From IMG/VR virus record IMGVR_UViG_3300032116_000067, positions 1 to 64,000 of that record: a DNA stretch of 64,000 bases, one strand, 5' to 3'. Of the stretch, positions 29,655 to 37,523 are shown piece by piece; within the stretch, counting starts at the first letter, position 1; the number at the start of each line of letters is the position of its first letter. The stretch comes from a virus. The translations under genes were made by a program, and so were the position numbers. The notes under the pieces are model-generated. The model saw nothing but the letters and a program-made list of their open reading frames with translations. It had not been told where the DNA came from and ran no database searches.

Positions 29655-29954
29655 ATGAGCGCATTCTTCATTGGCGGAAACGCAACGCTGCAGGCGGCAG
29701 CATTCAATCCGCATCCCACGTCAGAAAACGTACTCGTTGTCACGTTCACAAACGGCAGCAAAGCACTCGTGACCAAAGCCCTTGACAAGGGCTACGTCGT
29801 CGAGGCAAAGGACGACCAGGGTCGTCCAGGGCTGCTGCCCGCATTCATCGACCTAGAAACCGGGTTCCTGCGCCCGGGCTTCGAAGTCAGAAGTATCAGC
29901 GGTACGCCGTGGATACAGAAGACCGGCAACGGCGGCGGCCTGAAACTCCCATAA
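29655..29954 (+). CDS. Hypothetical protein, GC-rich, first rightward gene
   Basis: MSAFFIGG...; hairpin overlapping the stop codon. Confidence 0.6.
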   Translation: MSAFFIGGNATLQAAAFNPHPTSENVLVVTFTNGSKALVTKALDKGYVVEAKDDQGRPGLLPAFIDLETGFLRPGFEVRSISGTPWIQKTGNGGGLKLP

Positions 29955-30035
29955 GGGAGTTTCGGCCTTTTTAGCAGGTCACCTTCCAAGGAGGTCAGCA
30001 GGTTCTTTATTTGTTCACCCTTTAAACTAACGATC

Positions 30036-30182
30036 ATGCGGAGTAAGTCTCTCATGTTTCGTACCTGGGAACTCTTCCGTAGCTGGTACGCCGCTACTAA
30101 GAAGAGATTCGTGACACTGAAGCTTACGTTTGTACGCTTCACGCCCGGGTACAGTCAAGTCTTTATCACAGTTACCTACTAA
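30036..30182 (+). CDS. Small hypothetical protein (48 aa)
   Basis: MRSKSLMFRTW...VTY, preceded by an A-rich leader. Confidence 0.4.
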   Translation: MRSKSLMFRTWELFRSWYAATKKRFVTLKLTFVRFTPGYSQVFITVTY

Positions 30183-30728
30183 AAAGTAGTGTAACTCGTT
30201 GATAATCAGGTGTGTATGTGATTGGTAGGAACACGTACACACCTTTTTCTCTTTCTCTCCTACCTCTTAATCCGCTCTATTTGACGCGGATAAGATCGCT
30301 ATATATTCTTTACGGTTGATAAACCGTGACAAGCCTGTGGGGCTACGATGTTGTTCTCTCATATAAGGGTGAGAGTATCAAGCAGAGGTTAATTCCTTTC
30401 TCTGTAATGACACGTTAGTGCAGACTTTAAAACCAGGCAGTCTACTTATTGTACGGTGTTGGGTACGTATGATGAGAGACTTTAAAGTGTGGTAACACAC
30501 ACAGTCCAACTTTGTAGACATAAAACCACTTGTCTACTTTCTCCTAGGTTTGTGGTAAACCTAAAAACATTAGGGTTCTGGTAACACTTGTTTACCGACC
30601 CGGCCCTATCAGTTGACATGGAGATGTTAGCTATGCACTAGGCGGTGTGTAGTTCTGATATGGGTTTAAAACTAAAAACAAGGGGGCTAGCCACCCCCGA
30701 AGTCCTCACCAAAAAAAAAACTATTGTT

Positions 30729-30983
30729 ATGAGTCTAGATTACTTAGAGCCTTTCATGGCTCAGTCCGTAGTTAAAGAAACCGCACGGGGAACCCGTAGG
30801 TATTTTCCTATTACAGCCAAGCGTAAGCGTGGCTGGAAATGGCTATACCAAACGTTTTTCATAATCTATGGTAGGGAACCCAAAGAGCGTGCGGAAGTTG
30901 GGTTTGCTATCCTGTCTCAATCTCTTGACAAGTATGTTGAGAGGTTTGACGGTAAGCTGTGGGTACGCACCGTTGCTGTCTAA
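30729..30983 (+). CDS. Hypothetical protein
   Basis: A-rich leader; terminator at 30993-31030. Confidence 0.6.
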   Translation: MSLDYLEPFMAQSVVKETARGTRRYFPITAKRKRGWKWLYQTFFIIYGREPKERAEVGFAILSQSLDKYVERFDGKLWVRTVAV

Positions 30984-30992
30984 ACGTCTTAT

Positions 30993-31030
30993 TGGTGAAC
31001 TGGACTCTTAGGAGTCTGGTTCACCTTTTT
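30993..31030 (+). terminator. Intrinsic terminator
   Basis: ggtgaactggactc/gagtctggttcacc stem plus U-tract. Confidence 0.75.
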
Positions 31031-31053
31031 GTTTACTCTTAAATCCTTTGTAA

Positions 31054-31278
31054 GTGACCAAACAGGAAGCTATGGATAAGACCGTTAGAAGGTTTACGAA
31101 CCTCCTTGACGGTAAGATCCTCTCCGGGGTTTCTGTTAGTACTGTTATAGAGTACTATGAAGCACTTATGAGAGGTGTAAGAGTCCACCCGCCCGCCAGA
31201 ACAATGGGTGGTATTGAGCAGAACTTCTTCAATGATCAGATCTCTGCCATAGAAGAAGATCTTTACGATAGTAACTAA
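31054..31278 (+). CDS. Hypothetical protein
   Basis: ORF track. Confidence 0.5.
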   Translation: MTKQEAMDKTVRRFTNLLDGKILSGVSVSTVIEYYEALMRGVRVHPPARTMGGIEQNFFNDQISAIEEDLYDSN

Positions 31279-31397
31279 CTGCGTCAGATGTAAATAACCG
31301 CCGGGGAGTTTTTGACCTTTGCACTCTAGGCACAATACGGTTTACATACTTAGCATATAGTGATATATGCTTTGAGGGGGTTTCTGAACGCTAAGCA

Positions 31398-31550
31398 AAG
31401 TTGTAATGCACCATAACTCACTTCCCAAGGGTGAGCAGTTGTAATGTGTAATGTATTAAGCCAAGTCATGCTTGTATTGAACAGTGTGTTCCACATTAAC
31501 AAGGTAATACCTTGAGTCTTTACCATTACAACTGAGTGCAGAGGGACCTC
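31398..31550 (+). ncRNA. Twister-ribozyme-like RNA with long P5 insertion
   Basis: UAA-UGCA-CC...CUCAC-UUCCCAAGG-GUGAG-[CAGUUGUAAUG...CAUUACAACUG]-A-GUGCA-GAGGG; P1 weak. Confidence 0.65.
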
Positions 31551-31682
31551 TTAACCCGTGAAGAGTATTACACGGGAGTTAATCCGAGTAACCCGAAAAA
31601 GGGTGCATCTATAGTCCTCGGAGAGTCAGAACAGGGATGTTGGGTCTGACACTTTTTTCTTTCTCAATCAATTCATCACTAT

Positions 31683-31895
31683 ATGGGATTACACAAAGAT
31701 GAGGGAGAACCTGCCGCGGCTTTAGCCGAAGAGTGCGGTGAAGTAATCCAGATCATCTCCAAGCTCTATAGGTTTGGAGGTAACTGGAACGAAGTACCAC
31801 CTGGTAAGACCCATACCAGGTTTGAGGAGTTAGAGAGTGAAATGCAAGATCTGCTCTATCAGTGGGAAAGATTGAAGAAGGAACGCTCTCAGTAG
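31683..31895 (+). CDS. MazG-like NTP pyrophosphohydrolase
   Basis: LAEECGEVIQ..SK..RFG...LE.E..DL acidic motif. Confidence 0.7.
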   Translation: MGLHKDEGEPAAALAEECGEVIQIISKLYRFGGNWNEVPPGKTHTRFEELESEMQDLLYQWERLKKERSQ

Positions 31896-32137
31896 CGTTC
31901 TTTCTTTATTTTTGTGTTTTTAACACACCATTCTCACGTGGACATGAAGACTTCTCATGATGAATTCAAGCAGGATAATCTCTCACAGTAATGTGTATGG
32001 AGATAGAATGTGTCCTAGTTCGGTACAGTTGAAAGACTGTATTAAGCGGATAATTTGTCTAAAAGATGTGAAACCACACTGATTAGAAAATTGGTAGAAA
32101 TACCAAAGGGAAATGTCAAACCACATGCCCTAATCAG

Positions 32138-32300
32138 TTTCCCAAGAGTGAGCAGTTGTAATACCGATGTGAAAATTGAAACATATTTTCTTTGAGGTGT
32201 AACCTATGGAAAAATAGAAGTAAAAACACTAAGAGTAGTTTCACAAACTATGCTCAAAACGTGTATAATATGTCTATGTATTACAACTGAGTGTGGAGGG
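32138..32300 (+). ncRNA. Partial second copy of the twister-like element
   Basis: ttcccaagagtgagcagttgtaat...attacaactgagtgtggaggg; no canonical 5' cleavage strand found. Confidence 0.4.
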
Positions 32301-32566
32301 GAAAACCAGAGTAGTAGAGCGCAAAACCTGGGTGAGCCTTACGGTTCATGAAAAACGCACAGGTCTCTGGTCTTTTTTGTCATTAAAGATTTTCAAATAG
32401 CTAGCACAGTGTGTTGTCCGAACATCTCACCACAGGACTATACTGTTAAAAAACCAGCCACTGTATCCCACAGGGAGGCGTGGAGGTGTAGGGCTTCAAC
32501 CTGCCAAACGGTACAGAGGGGGTAACCAGTCCTCTCTTTTTTTTGTCACCAATCAATCATCATCAT

Positions 32567-32776
32567 ATGAAAGTCGTAGGTAAAGTGGGCGACATTGACA
32601 ATGTCACCGCCCAGGAGAAAGCCAAGTACTTTCTCCATCAGGAACCGGTGATCGACCACACAAGCTGTTCCTGCCAGTTTGGGTACGCTTGTGATCAAGA
32701 GATTGATCATCATCAGCGGATCGTAGACTGGGTTGACGCAAATACTGTATCTCAAACCAATAAACCGAGTATATGA
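32567..32776 (+). CDS. Hypothetical protein
   Basis: ORF after a terminator hairpin. Confidence 0.5.
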   Translation: MKVVGKVGDIDNVTAQEKAKYFLHQEPVIDHTSCSCQFGYACDQEIDHHQRIVDWVDANTVSQTNKPSI

Positions 32777-32907
32777 AGTACTTCTTAATAGTGGTACTAC
32801 TTCTAAGTAGTTGTAGTACTGTTAAGAGTCATCGTTGTGATGACTCCACACATGAAACCTGTGATGGATCCTGTATCTGTGACGGCTTTGAGTGTCCAAA
32901 AAGATAA
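32773..32907 (+). CDS. Small Cys-rich lipoprotein
   Basis: MKYFLIVVLLLSSC lipobox followed by five more Cys. Confidence 0.55.
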   Translation: MKYFLIVVLLLSSCSTVKSHRCDDSTHETCDGSCICDGFECPKR

Positions 32908-32938
32908 ACCATCGTTCTAAACCATCAAACATCGAATC

Positions 32939-33133
32939 ATGAAGTATTTTCTAGCAATCATCTTGTGGACCATAGCCGCGGTCCCGTTTTTTATCTGGGA
33001 GATCTTAGTCTGTATCTGGACATTTCGTACAAGTGGGTTACAGGAAACCTGGGAGGGTTATACTGACCATATCGACAGGGCTTACCGAGCAGCCTGTAGA
33101 GCACGTAGATACGGTAAACCCTCAAAATTCTAA
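32939..33133 (+). CDS. Small membrane protein
   Basis: Hydrophobic N-terminus. Confidence 0.55.
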   Translation: MKYFLAIILWTIAAVPFFIWEILVCIWTFRTSGLQETWEGYTDHIDRAYRAACRARRYGKPSKF

Positions 33134-33136
33134 GTT

Positions 33137-33337
33137 ATGAAAGGAACTATTATGATGTTAGGATTTATCGTAGCCACCCTTCTTACCTGGCTTCTGTTTG
33201 CGGGTATAAACTACTTCGTATCAGAAAACATAACGTTTCAGCAAGCAGCTGGTAGTAACGCCGTCTTGTTTTTTATGATAGTGATCGGCTGGCTTCCGGG
33301 TATCGTCGTCTGTAATGACATCGACAACAAGCTCTGA
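33137..33337 (+). CDS. Small two-TM membrane protein
   Basis: Two hydrophobic segments. Confidence 0.6.
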   Translation: MKGTIMMLGFIVATLLTWLLFAGINYFVSENITFQQAAGSNAVLFFMIVIGWLPGIVVCNDIDNKL

Positions 33338-33346
33338 CCAACTTTC

Positions 33347-33432
33347 TAAGGTACCACTGGTGATACCATATAACATACCATATAGTACTCTTATTACTAT
33401 ACTATGTTATAGGTACCACTGGTGGTACCTTA
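33347..33432. repeat. Nested imperfect palindrome with 14-bp direct repeat
   Basis: taaggtaccac/gtggtacctta, tataacata/tatgttata, tatagta/tactata; aggtaccactggtg occurs twice. Confidence 0.75.
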
Positions 33433-33450
33433 TGAACCTGATTTTGATTC

Positions 33451-33502
33451 GGATGGTTAGCCCCAAAGTCTTCGGACCGAGGGGCTGACTGTCTATCTTT
33501 TT
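33451..33502 (+). terminator. cUUCGg-capped hairpin/terminator
   Basis: ggatggttagcccc...gtcTTCGgac...ggggctgactgtct plus T-tract. Confidence 0.6.
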
Positions 33503-33538
33503 ATAAACCCCATTCTCTAATCTTTAAAGCTTAAAAAC

Positions 33539-33898
33539 ATGCTGAAAAGAATCATCCCCAATCTGTTGATCATCTTCGGAATCCTGGTCATTATCACAGG
33601 ACTTGTCAAAATCATGAACATCTCTACTGGACCTGATATCAACCCGTCTGACCGAGATGGTATCATTATGTTCCTGGCAGGGTCTACACTGACTTTTATC
33701 GGCTTCTTTATTTCAGCCTATGAAGACCGCACCCAGAAACCTGAAGACCGCTCCAGGAGAATCTCTGCAAGTCTGGTGGCATTTTTCTTTTCTGTTATCA
33801 TCCTGTTTCTGATCCTAGGTACCACATCTTGTACCACACAGGGCTACGGATGTAAGGGTAACAGTAAAAATATGCTTCGAGTCCCGCACTATTATTAA
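33539..33898 (+). CDS. Three-TM membrane protein
   Basis: Hydrophobic segments. Confidence 0.6.
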   Translation: MLKRIIPNLLIIFGILVIITGLVKIMNISTGPDINPSDRDGIIMFLAGSTLTFIGFFISAYEDRTQKPEDRSRRISASLVAFFFSVIILFLILGTTSCTTQGYGCKGNSKNMLRVPHYY

Positions 33899-33916
33899 TC
33901 TCATAAACCTGGAAAC

Positions 33917-34270
33917 ATGAGAATCTTTCGTATTAAGAGCCCCTTTACGAATACGCATTACGAGGTTGTAATCCAGAAAAAGCAGTATAGTAACGGCCGC
34001 CCAGCCTTGATACTTCTAGACTTTGAAGATGGATCTCCTTATGCTGTTGCCACTGTAAATCTTCCAGAGTTAAACCTGGAGGATAACCAAACTTTTGTAA
34101 AAAGTTACAGTGAGAATGCTGGTATGTTGGAATTCCTGGTAGAAAATAAAATTGTCAAGTACACCGGTAAACAAGTCTCCAACGGTTTTGTAACCGTAGA
34201 TGTGGTAGAACTCGTACCGGAAACTAACTGGGGTAATATCCCTAAAGATGGTGAGGCTAGCGTAAGCTAG
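33917..34270 (+). CDS. DUF4313-like protein
   Basis: Y.NGRPAL.L....G.PY..ATVNL...F.K.YSEN.G...FL pattern. Confidence 0.6.
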   Translation: MRIFRIKSPFTNTHYEVVIQKKQYSNGRPALILLDFEDGSPYAVATVNLPELNLEDNQTFVKSYSENAGMLEFLVENKIVKYTGKQVSNGFVTVDVVELVPETNWGNIPKDGEASVS

Positions 34271-34515
34271 CGTGGGCACGTTCTTGTCCGAACCCTGGAA
34301 TTAGGATACTGATCAACCATGAACTGACACGGGGGGAATAACACCCTGTCGTAATGAGGGTTGCAAAAGAGGTTGGATTCAATCTTAAGTAGTTATACAA
34401 TACTGAACCTAGCAGCTGAGCTGTTTAGATCTAGGAAACCTCGCCATGCCCGGTACGTTAAGCCGGGCTTCTCTTTTGCTTCATCATTCATCTATAATCA
34501 AAAAAAACCTCAAGC

Positions 34516-35100
34516 ATGAAAGCTTTTGCTAATCACCAGATGAGTCACGACTCTGATAAGTTTCATGAATCACTGAACATTGGTGAAGAAACGCGGCTTC
34601 TTTGCCGTGAACGTATCTTTTTTGTCTCGTTTTCCCACGTTTTGTGGCGTAAAATCTTTGAAGATACCGCTCCCAAAGAGTTTGGCACTATGAGCGGCGA
34701 CCTGCAGCGTACTTTACGCATGATCTCTGATCCGTTGGAGTATGAGTTTACTCTTTTGATCTTTATGCACTACCAAGAAATGTGTCAAGACGCTACTGGG
34801 TATTACAACTTTCTTCAGCAGTCCGAACAAGATCCTGAACTGAAAGCAAAAGTTGAAATACTCAAAATGCTCCAGAAGATCAAGGCTGATGAAGAATATT
34901 CTTCTGAGCCGTTGATTGACCAGCTTAACCGGGATACTCTGGCAAAACGTATTGATATGGTACAGCAAAGTAATCACAGCTTTGCAGACTACCTCAATAT
35001 TCTTAACGGGTGGGCTGGTAGTGATATCTACGTTAAGAAAAAAGATACCCAGTACGCAGATAATCTGCTGAGCAACATGTCATTTGACGATCAAGAGTAG
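34516..35100 (+). CDS. Hypothetical protein
   Basis: 194-aa ORF with terminator-like hairpin downstream. Confidence 0.7.
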   Translation: MKAFANHQMSHDSDKFHESLNIGEETRLLCRERIFFVSFSHVLWRKIFEDTAPKEFGTMSGDLQRTLRMISDPLEYEFTLLIFMHYQEMCQDATGYYNFLQQSEQDPELKAKVEILKMLQKIKADEEYSSEPLIDQLNRDTLAKRIDMVQQSNHSFADYLNILNGWAGSDIYVKKKDTQYADNLLSNMSFDDQE

Positions 35101-35197
35101 GGTTTAGGGAAGTATCGGGGGCCTGGATTATCCAGGTTCCCCGGTACAATAATTTGTAGAACTCAAACAAGTTCTCTAATATTGTAACTCTAAATCC

Positions 35198-35488
35198 ATG
35201 TCAGTTGTACAAAATACCCGTCTTACAGGTGGTTTCGGACAGTGCACCAGTGCTGTGATGAGAGATCCGGGTATTAGTGTACGGGAGAAAGCAGTATATG
35301 CTTACCTCTGCACGTTTGCTGATAGTCAGTCTAACCAGCTGAATGTCAGCGTGTATTGTATGGCGGCAGAACTGAACATTTCTAAGCAAACGATACTCAG
35401 ATCTTTGAAACAACTGGAATCTTTAAACATCATCACAAGAGCTTCTTCGGGCCGCGGTCGAGCTAAGATCACGGTCCTTCTTAAATAA
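35198..35488 (+). CDS. Winged helix-turn-helix protein (HTH_36/replication-initiator N-terminal type)
   Basis: D..IS..EKAVYAYL...A......S...MA.EL.IS..TI.R.LKQL....II.R. Confidence 0.75.
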   Translation: MSVVQNTRLTGGFGQCTSAVMRDPGISVREKAVYAYLCTFADSQSNQLNVSVYCMAAELNISKQTILRSLKQLESLNIITRASSGRGRAKITVLLK

Positions 35489-35868
35489 CTGGTTGTTCCT
35501 CAGGGGTGACGTTCTTTTCAGTCATCAGATAACGCCCGCAAAACGTTATGCTGGTGTCAGTCTTGAAGCCACCCCGTGAGGAACTAACTTATAAAGGTCT
35601 GATCTGAAGAGCCAGTCAGTAGGTCTAATTCGTTCTAGCACGAGTCAGCAATATGAACTTAGTAGTACGACATGATGATAGGGCCCCGTCAAACGAAGGG
35701 TTATGAGCTAAAAGTCAATGATCGGCTGTACTGAAAGCTGTCCTTCAGATAGACCTTTAACTTGCTGATACAGGTGTCCCCAATACACCTCAAAACCACG
35801 GGCGGATTACCGTATGTGTTCCGTATAAACAGATGGGATGTGGGTATGCATCACAATCATATCCGGAT

Positions 35869-35955
35869 GGTCAGGTGGTGGAGCTGGTTTAACACAAGGT
35901 AAGACACCTTTTACAGGTGGCTCACCTATCACAGGTTCGAATCCTGTCCTGACTA
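35869..35955 (+). ncRNA. tRNA-like RNA 1 (extended anticodon arm)
   Basis: Acceptor ggtcagg/cctgact, D-arm gtg..cac, T-arm acagg-TTCGAAT-cctgt. Confidence 0.7.
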
Positions 35956-35970
35956 CTTAAAATTAAGATT

Positions 35971-36228
35971 ATGAAAAATAAAAAAGAACTTGTTGATGTA
36001 CTCGAAAAAAGTGGGGTAAAAATAATTAAAACAGGTAAGAACTACGATTGGGAAGAAATATATTTTGATAATAGCAACTTAACTGTTGAAAAATTACAAA
36101 CAATAAGTTTAATTGTTAAAAATTTCTTTTATGTAGAAGATAAATTTACACACAATCTACCAAAGTTTATTGGAAAAGATGGTTATGTATGTTTAATTTT
36201 TGATAAAAAATTAGTAACTGCAATTTAA
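35971..36228 (+). CDS. AT-rich hypothetical protein
   Basis: Lies between tRNA-like 3' ends. Confidence 0.6.
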   Translation: MKNKKELVDVLEKSGVKIIKTGKNYDWEEIYFDNSNLTVEKLQTISLIVKNFFYVEDKFTHNLPKFIGKDGYVCLIFDKKLVTAI

Positions 36229-36237
36229 AATATCAAT

Positions 36238-36264
36238 ACAGGTTCGAATCCTGTTCTGACTACT
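36238..36264 (+). repeat. Isolated 3' half of the tRNA-like element
   Basis: acaggttcgaatcctgttctgactact, one mismatch to 35931-35957. Confidence 0.8.
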
Positions 36265-36285
36265 AAAACATTAAAAATAAATAAA

Positions 36286-36486
36286 ATGAGTGAATCACAC
36301 GAAAAGTACAAAGAGTACAAGAAAGCTCAACAAGCTAGAGAAAACGCAGCAAGAAGAGGGTCTCAGTATGTAAATGATTACAAACAAAAAGAACGTATTG
36401 CTGAACTTGAGTATAAGTTAAAAGATAGAGAAGAGAAAGAAGATAATGATAGAGCATATAGGCTTCTTTCTGATTATGAATATTAA
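36286..36486 (+). CDS. AT-rich charged hypothetical protein
   Basis: Lies between tRNA-like repeats. Confidence 0.6.
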   Translation: MSESHEKYKEYKKAQQARENAARRGSQYVNDYKQKERIAELEYKLKDREEKEDNDRAYRLLSDYEY

Positions 36487-36492
36487 ATGGTT

Positions 36493-36617
36493 AGTCAGGT
36501 GGCGAAATTGGTAGACGCGAGTGGTGTGTTAAATGTGGGAATAGACATAATCCCTAACCCTATAAAAAGGGCTGACCGCTTGTCTCTTAGTTGCAGGTTC
36601 GATTCCTGTCCTGACTG
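36493..36617 (+). ncRNA. tRNA-like RNA 2 (anticodon loop replaced by two hairpins)
   Basis: agtcagg/cctgact; Leu-type D-arm tggcgaaattggtagacgc; T-arm gcagg-TTCGATT-cctgt. Confidence 0.7.
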
Positions 36618-36632
36618 CTAAAAATAAAAGTT

Positions 36633-36815
36633 ATGAGAAAAAATAAAAATAAAACAATGAATAAAATTGAGAAAGCGATTTACGATGTAAAATTACACAT
36701 CAAAGAAAAGGAAAGGCAGTTATTAATTTGTCAAACAGAACTTAAATCTTTAAAAGATCAATTAGATACATTAGAAGTAATTCAAAACGATGAGTCAATA
36801 CCTCATAGTTCATAA
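36633..36815 (+). CDS. AT-rich coiled-coil protein
   Basis: Lies between tRNA-like repeats. Confidence 0.55.
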   Translation: MRKNKNKTMNKIEKAIYDVKLHIKEKERQLLICQTELKSLKDQLDTLEVIQNDESIPHSS

Positions 36816-36828
36816 ATAACAGCGTAAC

Positions 36829-36968
36829 AGTCAGGTGGCGGAATTAGTAGACGCACAATGGGATGCACGGTGTGACTCCGTGGAAGTGCTCCTCAAAAGG
36901 TTGAGCTACCCGTTGTAACAAAGACCCGAAGTACAAGGGTTGTGCCGGGGCAGAACCGGCCTTGACTA
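36829..36968 (+). ncRNA. tRNA-like RNA 3 (two-hairpin anticodon domain plus variable arm)
   Basis: agtcagg/cttgact; tggcggaattagtagacgc; acaatggg/cccgttgt; T-arm gccgg-GGCAGAA-ccggc. Confidence 0.65.
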
Positions 36969-37290
36969 CACTATCTCCTTTTTAGTTTATAATTCATAAG
37001 TATCGACTGAAAAGACGAACTAACGTTCCGGGTGTGCCACCGGATAGTATGCCCTATACGATGAGAAGTACGCTGGCTGCGTACATGGGTAAGTGGCGGT
37101 TACTTGGTAACAGCAGGCTGATCACCTGAACATCGACAATGTGAACGATCTATTCCTAACCCACCTAGAAAATATAGCAGAGAAGACACCGAAAGTCTTC
37201 TGTGGGGACAGCCGCAACACCTGTAAGTTGGATAGATTAGGGTGCTTTCTTCTATTTTCTTCAAACACTCACTTATAAACTTCTCCATTC

Positions 37291-37500
37291 ATGTCTGGTA
37301 AAGTATGGTACAAGACAGAAATCAGTTTAGATGCTGATCAAAATGTAGAAATATACCCCGATGAAGGCTATGGTGGTATAGTAATCAAGGGTAAAGAAAT
37401 TGAAAGCACTGACTCTTACCGGATCTATCTTAACCGGGCCGAGATGGAACTCCTCATTAGCAAAATGAGAGAGATGATGGATCATGTAGAGAAACCTTAA
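37291..37500 (+). CDS. Hypothetical protein
   Basis: ORF track. Confidence 0.6.
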   Translation: MSGKVWYKTEISLDADQNVEIYPDEGYGGIVIKGKEIESTDSYRIYLNRAEMELLISKMREMMDHVEKP

Positions 37501-37523
37501 CTTTTTTCTATCGGTGGGGCTGA

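Noticed and set aside
32300-32375. c-di-GMP-I riboswitch (gcgcaaaacc)
   Set aside because: The first GNRA hairpin and receptor are missing. It reads as a branched terminator-like hairpin.
35603-35745. Hammerhead ribozyme (CTGAAGA...GAAA)
   Set aside because: The CTGAAG is paired with CTTCAG in a long stem, and stems II and III are not in the required register.
35869-35955. Ochre suppressor tRNA (loop TTTTACA, central TTA)
   Set aside because: The arm is far too long and position 37 would be C. TAA is the main stop codon here.
36493-36968. Canonical tRNA-Leu, intron-containing tRNA or tmRNA
   Set aside because: No 7-nt anticodon loop in register. The inserts are too short for self-splicing introns or a tag reading frame, and there is no G3:U70 alanine identity pair.
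31398-37000. CRISPR array or DGR
   Set aside because: Repeats are few, irregularly spaced and separated by genes. No reverse transcriptase, adenine-specific TR/VR pair or cas genes were seen.
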